Under the pieces are notes generated by a model that did not search any database, was not told the DNA's origin, and was given only the letters and a program-made list of their open reading frames with translations. The position numbers and the translations under genes were made by a program. This document shows positions 57,507 through 64,000 of a stretch of 64,000 nucleotides of DNA, one piece after another. The stretch covers positions 1 through 64,000 of the forward strand of contig JBFFUI010000005.1 in assembly GCA_041571435.1 (NCBI GenBank). The letters are read 5' to 3'. Positions within the stretch are counted from its first letter, which is position 1, and each line of letters opens with the position of its first letter. This DNA comes from Sulfurimonadaceae bacterium (GTDB lineage Bacteria; Campylobacterota; Campylobacteria; Campylobacterales; Sulfurimonadaceae).

Positions 57507-58607
57507 ATGTCTCAAAAAAAACTAGTAGTCTATTTTATTTTTATTTCGATAGTCATGATTGGAATTATACCCATCGTAAATATGTCTGTACTGTATAAAA
57601 ACGGTATGTTAAATGAAAACTCTTATCGAACAGAAAAGCTGTTTAACACAGACTATATCGAAGGTATCCGGAATTACTTTTGTTTGAAAGTATGCAAGTT
57701 CTCATTCAATAAAAAAAAGGTCATTATTGGAAAAAAAGATTATCTATTTTTGGGAAATGATTATGCAAGAGTCATTGATAAGTGTCGAGGAACCTTTTAT
57801 TACAAGGTGGATGAAATAGATACCTGGACAGAAAAATTAAAACAGATGCAGCAATGGTATGAAAGAAGGGGAATAAAGTTTATAATGGTTATTGCGCCAA
57901 ATAAACACACCGTATACAAAGAGTATTTGCCGGAGTGGATCAATACGGATGTAAAGACTATTACGGATGATATTGTCATGGATACTGCATCAAAAAAAAT
58001 CAACTTGCTTGATTTACGTCCAATATTGAGAAAAAAAACAAATCAAATATTGTACATGCAATCAGATACCCATTGGAATCGTTTGGGTGCATCTATAGGT
58101 TTTACAGAAACTATTCAGTATATCAATCAGTTATATGATATAAACTATTCTTTACCTGCTTTTGAATTAAAACATAAACCTAGAAAAAGTGGAGATTTGG
58201 CAAAATTTTTAAAAATAAGAGAGCTTCTACCTGATGATTATGAAAATGAACATGAGTATGTTTTTGAAAAACTATCTAACGTGTGCCATGGAAATATAAA
58301 TCGATCCACTTGGATATTTGATACATGTAAAGTAAAACCAAACCTTGCTTTAGGAAGTCATGCTCAATATATTATTAATAAAGATTCTTTGAATAAAGAC
58401 AAGCTATTGCTCCTTGCAGACTCTTTTTCAGGAGCAAACTCAAAACTTTATAATGAAACATTTGAGACTGTCTGGAAAGCGCACTATCAAAATTTACATG
58501 GACATGTATTACGTGAGTTTATTATAAAGCATAAGCCCAATATAGTCATTTATCAAATAGTAGAGAGAAATCTTTACAGTGGTGCAATTGTTGATTCACT
58601 TGAATGA
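57507..58607 (+). CDS. AlgJ/AlgX-type SGNH-like O-acetyltransferase
   Basis: TM anchor; GK..YLF, IAPNK..VY.EYLP, DTHWN, ADSF and VER motifs; very AT-rich. Confidence 0.85.
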   Translation: MSQKKLVVYFIFISIVMIGIIPIVNMSVLYKNGMLNENSYRTEKLFNTDYIEGIRNYFCLKVCKFSFNKKKVIIGKKDYLFLGNDYARVIDKCRGTFYYKVDEIDTWTEKLKQMQQWYERRGIKFIMVIAPNKHTVYKEYLPEWINTDVKTITDDIVMDTASKKINLLDLRPILRKKTNQILYMQSDTHWNRLGASIGFTETIQYINQLYDINYSLPAFELKHKPRKSGDLAKFLKIRELLPDDYENEHEYVFEKLSNVCHGNINRSTWIFDTCKVKPNLALGSHAQYIINKDSLNKDKLLLLADSFSGANSKLYNETFETVWKAHYQNLHGHVLREFIIKHKPNIVIYQIVERNLYSGAIVDSLE

Positions 58608-58768
58608 TAATATACAAGCAGTCGGTTATCAGCGGTCATACAATGAATGAATCTTGCCGGGTGCAGGACTGTAACTTTAAGATTATCTCTCACACAACTC
58701 TTGTCCTATCTAAAGATAGTTAAGGGTGGCTGTTTGAAAGATAAAGCCAATACAGACTTTGAAGAGTG

Positions 58769-60310
58769 TTAGCGTTTGAGCTTGCGCTTTTCGTTTTTCG
58801 CTTTCGCTTTGAAGAGGATCGGCACACCTTCAAAGTTGAAGGCTTCACGCAGCTGATTGGTGAGATAGCGTCTGTAGGTAAAGTGCAGCCCTTTTGGTTT
58901 GTTCATGATCAGTGCGATCTGTGGCGGGCGGATGTCGTATTGTGTGGCGTAGTAGATACGGATCATCTGACCGTTCATCGACGGTAGGTGGTGTTTGCGT
59001 TGTGCCCACTCCAGAGCCTCGTTGAGCTTGGCGGTCGGGATGCGCTGTGAGAAGTTGTCGTTGATCTCGATAAGTTTGTCAAAGATCTTCTGTACACGCT
59101 GCCCGCTCTGTGCCGAGATAGTGATCAGCGGCGCATAGTGCAGGAATTTAAAGCGGTCGCGGATATCCTGGGTGATCTTGGCGTAATCCTCACCGTTGAC
59201 CTTATCCCACTTGTTAAGAACGATCAGACAGGCCATTCTGTTGCTGTCGACCAGGCCTGCGATTTTTTCGTCAAGCTCTTTGAATGGTTCCGAAGCATCC
59301 AGCACAAGCAGCGCGATGTCGGCGTTTTCAAGCATTGCTTCGGTACGCATCAAAGCATACTTCTCTATACCAAGGATCTTGCCCCGCTTACGGACACCAG
59401 CCGTATCGATAAAGGTGATCTCCTTGTCTTCATATTCGATGGTCTCGTCGATAGGGTCGATCGTCGTACCGGCGACTGAACTGACAACGGAACGCTCTTC
59501 GTTGAGAAGCGCATTGAGCAGAGAGCTCTTGCCCACATTGACACGGCCAATAATCGCAACGCGCATCTTGTTGAGAACCGATTCATCAAACTCTTTGAGA
59601 TTGTCGTTGTTGCCGAAGACAGAGTCATCGATGAAGACCTCTTCCTCAGCATTAAGGATCTCCTGCTGAAGCGCGTAGTCTTCGTAAGGATCGAAGTACT
59701 CGTCATCTTCATCTTCCTCTTTAAGGCCCTGGAAGTACTCTTCGTCAGAGATCTCTTCTTCGAGCGTTTCCGGCTCTTCAACTTCTTCAACCTCTTCAAC
59801 AAGAGGTGCTTCTACCTTCTCTTTTTCCGGCAGCTGCTCTTCGATCCATTGTAAAAGGGCGTTGATGTGGCGGTTGTGCGAGACGGAAATACCGAAGATA
59901 TTTTCACACCCGAACTCATAGTACTCCCATACTTTCTCCATCATCTTGTCGTTGTCGATCTTGTTGACGACAAGGGCCATGGTCTTACCTTTTTCTTGCA
60001 GCTCATAGAAGAAATCTTTGTCCTCTTTCTCGGGAAGGCCTTTACCGTCGACCATGTAGAGGATAATATCCGCTTCGTTGGCCGCTTTGACCGACATCTT
60101 TTTAATGGCATCGAAAAGTTCGTTACCTTCGTCTAGTCCGCCGGTGTCAAGGACTTCGACCTCTTTGTCATTGATCTGTAAAATGCGGCGCTTGATGTCA
60201 CGCGTTGTTCCGGCCTGTTCTGAGGTGATGGCATCACGCTGCTTCAACAGACGGTTGAAAAATGAGCTTTTTCCGACATTCGGACGACCAATAATGGCAA
60301 GTTTTTTCAT
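58769..60310 (-). CDS. der: ribosome biogenesis GTPase Der
   Basis: Two G domains (GRPNVGKS/GRVNVGKS, DTGG/DTAG, NKID/NKWD) plus a KH-like C-terminus. Confidence 0.98.
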   Translation of the reverse strand: MKKLAIIGRPNVGKSSFFNRLLKQRDAITSEQAGTTRDIKRRILQINDKEVEVLDTGGLDEGNELFDAIKKMSVKAANEADIILYMVDGKGLPEKEDKDFFYELQEKGKTMALVVNKIDNDKMMEKVWEYYEFGCENIFGISVSHNRHINALLQWIEEQLPEKEKVEAPLVEEVEEVEEPETLEEEISDEEYFQGLKEEDEDDEYFDPYEDYALQQEILNAEEEVFIDDSVFGNNDNLKEFDESVLNKMRVAIIGRVNVGKSSLLNALLNEERSVVSSVAGTTIDPIDETIEYEDKEITFIDTAGVRKRGKILGIEKYALMRTEAMLENADIALLVLDASEPFKELDEKIAGLVDSNRMACLIVLNKWDKVNGEDYAKITQDIRDRFKFLHYAPLITISAQSGQRVQKIFDKLIEINDNFSQRIPTAKLNEALEWAQRKHHLPSMNGQMIRIYYATQYDIRPPQIALIMNKPKGLHFTYRRYLTNQLREAFNFEGVPILFKAKAKNEKRKLKR

Positions 60311-60337
60311 AGAAGTTCTTTATATTTAGATGCTCAG

Positions 60338-60448
60338 AAGGTGGGTAGGCGCAAGAAAGTCGTAGTGAGAGATCACTTTGAAGTCATTGTGTAAAAACCT
60401 GTTGCTTTTACGGTGTTTTCAATAAAGGATGAAAACCTGCCTAACCTT
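60338..60448. repeat. structured palindromic element between the der promoter and start codon
   Basis: AAGGTGGGTAGG/CCTGCCTAACCTT arms enclosing three small hairpins. Confidence 0.4.
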
Positions 60449-60570
60449 TTCCAAGGTATTGATGTTGAAATTATACCCAAATTCTAGATGATGCGTATGG
60501 GAGAAGAGCGTTCGGTAAAAGAGAAGGGAAGATAGTCTGGCTCCCCAGCCCTTTGGCCGGGGTGAAAATG

Positions 60571-61170
60571 TTATTTTGTTTCGAACTCTTTTTCAAGGTT
60601 TTCAAGTGCGTTTTGCGCCTGGAACTGTTGCCAGAGCGCATCCTGGTTTTTGAAACTTGAGATTACGTTCTCTTTTGCCGATGCATTGACACTGTTTTGT
60701 GTCACGCCTACAAGGATATAGATGTCATCGTTTTCCGGATGCTGCCAGTATGCAAGCTGTTTTGAACCGTTAAGCGTCACTTTGGCGACCTGCTTGGAGA
60801 CCTGTGTTGAGACCGTGTCCACGGTTTCGTTCTCGGCAATACCGGTAGAACGCGTGAAGCGTTCGACCTTGTCTTTTACAAGTGTTTCGATCTGCTGAGC
60901 CAGGTTGGAACGTCCGTCTGCTAGGGCATTCTTGCGTGTAAACCCTGCACCGGCTTTTGACATCTTTGCGGTACCGGTTGACGTGTACATCTCATCATAA
61001 CCTTCAACAATGCCGCAGGCCCATTTAGGGGCCTCTGCTTTGTCGATGGTACATTCAGCGATAGCCACCGGTTTCTTTGCTGGTTCAGCCATCTCTTCTT
61101 TATCGCTACAACCGCTGAAGCTGACTGCCATAAGCGCGGCAAGTGTAGTTGAGATCAAGATTTTGTTCAT
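60571..61170 (-). CDS. LPP20 family lipoprotein
   Basis: Lipobox FSGC; APKW, A.ADGRSNLAQQI.T.V pattern. Confidence 0.8.
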   Translation of the reverse strand: MNKILISTTLAALMAVSFSGCSDKEEMAEPAKKPVAIAECTIDKAEAPKWACGIVEGYDEMYTSTGTAKMSKAGAGFTRKNALADGRSNLAQQIETLVKDKVERFTRSTGIAENETVDTVSTQVSKQVAKVTLNGSKQLAYWQHPENDDIYILVGVTQNSVNASAKENVISSFKNQDALWQQFQAQNALENLEKEFETK

Positions 61171-61297
61171 TTTCGTATCCTTGAGTATTATGTGGGTCAA
61201 TTATAGGTGAATCACTTTAAAGGTTTCCTTTAGCAATACCATACTGACAGAGCGATTATAGGGAAGGACCATCTAGTGATCGTGAATTGTGAGCCAT

Positions 61298-62509
61298 CTA
61301 TTGGACACGACTGTCCGGCATACTCTCCACATAAAGCGACTGCGACGGAAAAGCAAAAGCGGCGCCGTTTCGCTCGACAATCTCCATCAGTTCAAGGTTG
61401 ATACGTTCGCGCACCTGCATATATTCGCCCCAGTTTGTCGTCTTGGTAAAGAAGTAGCAGAAAATACCGAGGGCACTGTCCTGAAACTCTGTAAAGTGGA
61501 TATAGATTGTCTGTTGGTCGACATCGTCATCGTTTTGCAGGAACTCACGCATCTCCTTCAGGATCGCTCGCATCTGTGCCGCCGTGGTGCCGTAGGTTAA
61601 ACCGAGTGTCATCTTGATACGGCGTTTTTCCATCTCGGACCAGTTTAAGATAGCGCTGTTGGCGATATTGCCGTTTGGAACGCTGACCAGGGCCCTGGCA
61701 AAGGTCCTGACCCTGGTAGAACGGATGCCGATATGCTCGATAGTACCTTCGACCTCCGGGGTCTTGATCCAGTCACCTACCTTGAAAGGCTGGTCGGTAA
61801 AGATCACCATGGAGCCGAAAAAGTTGCTAGCTGTATCTTTGGCGGCCAAGGCAAAGGCCATACCGATAAGTCCCAATGAGGCGACGAAACCGGTGATGTT
61901 GATGCCCCACGTAGAGAGGATGTTCATACCGGCAAAGATCAGAATGATCGCTTTGATGATCGTCAGTAGCAGTTTGGCAAGCGTGATGCCGTTGTCGGTC
62001 TTGAAGCGTTTTGACATCAGTTCATCCGAGCGTTGGAACAGGTTAGCTATCCGGTACAAGACCCAGGCAATAAGCGCTATTGTCAGGGTCGAGATGGTAT
62101 TGGAGATCATGGCTGAGAAACTCTCACCAAAGGTTAAAAAGCTGAAGGCGACTTTGAAACCTAAAATGACAATTCCAAATGCGATAGGGCGTTGGAGCAG
62201 ATAGAAGATCTGGTCGTCAAGTTCGGTGCGAGTCTTGTTAACCCAGCGAAGCCCCAGCAGCGTAATCAAACGGGTAAGCTGTTTGCGCAGTGCCAAAAAG
62301 ATCAAAAAGACAATAATTGCCGAGGTCCATGTGCCTAAAGCATTGCCGAAAACAGTGATGCTAAAAAGCTGCACGACACTCTCTGGAATCGGCAGTTTCT
62401 CAAGGATTAGTGCTTCGACGCTGTCATGCAGAGCGTGTGTCATCTTGGTGACATCGGTCACTTCGGAGATCACAGAGGTGTTGATATCGGCCGTTGTGTT
62501 TGTTTCCAT
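61298..62509 (-). CDS. MscS family mechanosensitive channel
   Basis: ASLGL.G.AFALAAKD..SNF, PFKVGDWI, IGIRST and FAFPS motifs. Confidence 0.93.
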   Translation of the reverse strand: METNTTADINTSVISEVTDVTKMTHALHDSVEALILEKLPIPESVVQLFSITVFGNALGTWTSAIIVFLIFLALRKQLTRLITLLGLRWVNKTRTELDDQIFYLLQRPIAFGIVILGFKVAFSFLTFGESFSAMISNTISTLTIALIAWVLYRIANLFQRSDELMSKRFKTDNGITLAKLLLTIIKAIILIFAGMNILSTWGINITGFVASLGLIGMAFALAAKDTASNFFGSMVIFTDQPFKVGDWIKTPEVEGTIEHIGIRSTRVRTFARALVSVPNGNIANSAILNWSEMEKRRIKMTLGLTYGTTAAQMRAILKEMREFLQNDDDVDQQTIYIHFTEFQDSALGIFCYFFTKTTNWGEYMQVRERINLELMEIVERNGAAFAFPSQSLYVESMPDSRVQ

Positions 62510-62596
62510 TCTATCGTTCCTGATGTTTTAGAAGCAAATCATAACTTTTTTCGTTTAAAGAAGCGTTGTTCTGTATAATACTGCTATAAAAATACA

Positions 62597-63082
62597 GTGG
62601 ATCATCATTTGAATAAAAAACTTTTTTGGCTCTATATAACATCGATGTGGCTCTCTGTTCGCATCGTGCTCTTTGAAAAATATGCTTTTGTGCTGATGCT
62701 GGTTTGGTGGGTGCCATCTTTTATCCTGGCATTCGCCGTCCGTCCGTTATACAGCGGCAGTGAGTTCATTGTGTTGGGTGTCGCCTTTCTTCTGCGTAAA
62801 CGTTTTTACCTCTCGATGGCAAATACCCGGGCAAGATGGATACGCAGAGGGGATTGGGTCGAGTTTGTAGAAGATGGGCATGAAGGGTATATACAGGTCT
62901 TTAAACATGGAAAAGTCCTGCGCAAGATGCGTGGTGAAGATGTGGCGTTGACGGGGCTCTTTGAAAAGGAACTTATACCGGTCTATTCGCACTTTTACCT
63001 TTTGGAGATGGAAGAGAAAAATATCATTGTCCCTTACGAGTGGATCGTCTCGATCGAACTGAAAGATGTGCCGGAGGTCTAA
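62597..63082 (+). CDS. hypothetical membrane protein
   Basis: Three N-terminal TM segments plus a soluble C-terminus; TGCTATAAA ends 6 nt before the GTG. Confidence 0.6.
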   Translation: MDHHLNKKLFWLYITSMWLSVRIVLFEKYAFVLMLVWWVPSFILAFAVRPLYSGSEFIVLGVAFLLRKRFYLSMANTRARWIRRGDWVEFVEDGHEGYIQVFKHGKVLRKMRGEDVALTGLFEKELIPVYSHFYLLEMEEKNIIVPYEWIVSIELKDVPEV

Positions 63083-63843
63083 GCCCTCTCTTTTTTGATC
63101 ATCTCATAGGCCGTATTGATCTTCTGTACCTTCTGGGTCGCATCTTTGACATACTCTTCCGATGCCCCTTTTGCTTTCATGATATCGGGGTGGTATTTTT
63201 TGACAAGTGCGCGGTATTTTTTCTTGATCGTGTCCAGGTCATCGTCGCGGCTGGCACCTAGTACATCGTAGGCATCGCTTACACTGCTTTGTGATGCATT
63301 GGCCCCCATCATCGAAGCAAAACGCTGCATGATCCCTTCGACTTCGGCACCGCTGAGTTCCAAAAAGGCGGCTATCTTGATGATGAGGTTCTCTTCGGCA
63401 TGCGAAAGCTCGCCGTCGATGTAGGCGAGGTTGATCAAAAATGTGATCATCATCAGGCGTTTCTGTTTGTCACCGCGTGTTGCACTCTGGAGTTGTGCGG
63501 CAAGACCGTCGACATTGCGGATGATCTCTTTTTCACGATTGAATATCTCTTTCAGGACACCGCGTACCTTCTCCTGATGCGATACACCGAAGGCTTTTGA
63601 GATATCGCTAAACATATTGCCGATCAGCTCCGCTTCAAGCTCGTGCACCCGCCCGTCGGCCTTGGCCACCTTGGCCACCAGTGCCACAAAGAGCCCAAGC
63701 TCGGAGCGTGCGACAGCCTCATAGGTCAGTGATGTACTTTGAAACTGTCCTTGGGTGTAGTAGTGGCGCTGAAAACGTCTGTAACTGTTAAAGACCCACC
63801 GTAAGATTAGAAAGATAACGATAATGGTGATAATTGTTGACAT
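63079..63843 (-). CDS. djlA: DjlA-like co-chaperone (TerB-like domain plus J domain)
   Basis: N-terminal TM, AKVAKADG, LAYIDG, J-domain KYHPD ... INTAYE. Confidence 0.85.
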   Translation of the reverse strand: MSTIITIIVIFLILRWVFNSYRRFQRHYYTQGQFQSTSLTYEAVARSELGLFVALVAKVAKADGRVHELEAELIGNMFSDISKAFGVSHQEKVRGVLKEIFNREKEIIRNVDGLAAQLQSATRGDKQKRLMMITFLINLAYIDGELSHAEENLIIKIAAFLELSGAEVEGIMQRFASMMGANASQSSVSDAYDVLGASRDDDLDTIKKKYRALVKKYHPDIMKAKGASEEYVKDATQKVQKINTAYEMIKKERA

Positions 63844-63945
63844 ACATATCCTATAAATTTAATGACAGATTATGCCCAAATCAAAATAACATCGATTAAA
63901 CAGCATTCTTGTATAATTGCGCCAATTAATGATGAGGACAGTTAC

Positions 63946-64000
63946 ATGAGAATTATTTTACTAGGCGCACCGGGTGCAGGCAAAGGTACCCAGGCCCAAT
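63946..64000 (+). CDS. adk: adenylate kinase, 5' end (partial)
   Basis: MRIILLGAPGAGKGTQAQ P-loop; GAGG RBS; TATAAT upstream. Confidence 0.93.
   Translation, partial: MRIILLGAPGAGKGTQAQ

Noticed and set aside
63079-63843. Tellurite-resistance (ter) locus
   Set aside because: A single TerB-like plus J-domain gene with DjlA architecture; no other ter genes.

Overview
Chromosomal 64-kb segment from a Campylobacterota (epsilonproteobacterial) sulfur oxidiser, probably Sulfurimonadaceae-like. This is inferred from a soxZ 3' end, a DnaB with the Helicobacter-type insertion, a PgbA-like gene, the rsmG-ribA-hemB-argF order, and TGnTATAAT promoters. Most of the window is housekeeping: pckA, uvrB, priA, ispG, dnaB, comEC, glcD, mgtE, alr, rsmG, ribA, hemB, argF, trpS, hpf, trxC, hemJ, der, an MscS channel, a DjlA-like gene and the start of adk. 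Interspersed are several c-type cytochromes, three type IV pilin-like genes, two AT-rich MBOAT O-acyltransferase cassettes, an acyltransferase-3 gene and an OprC-like copper TonB receptor. I saw no rRNA, tRNA, CRISPR array, transposase or integrase. The most unusual locus is a ~4-kb insert (34.2-38.1 kb) between a response regulator and a 7TM-DISM histidine kinase. It has a 127-bp MITE-like palindrome directly ahead of two membrane-anchored proteins that share a duplicated helical N-terminal module but have unrelated C-terminal domains (a ~14-unit beta-hairpin repeat array and an NTF2/DUF4878-like domain), followed by a convergent permuted papain-like enzyme. Other notable items are a catalytically dead GGDEF protein with an intact I-site translationally coupled to a pilin, paralogous cytochromes c with a conserved C-terminal Cys, likely ATA/ATC start codons, several leaderless genes, and several structured intergenic palindromes. 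All product calls come from motif recognition by eye; no database search was run.
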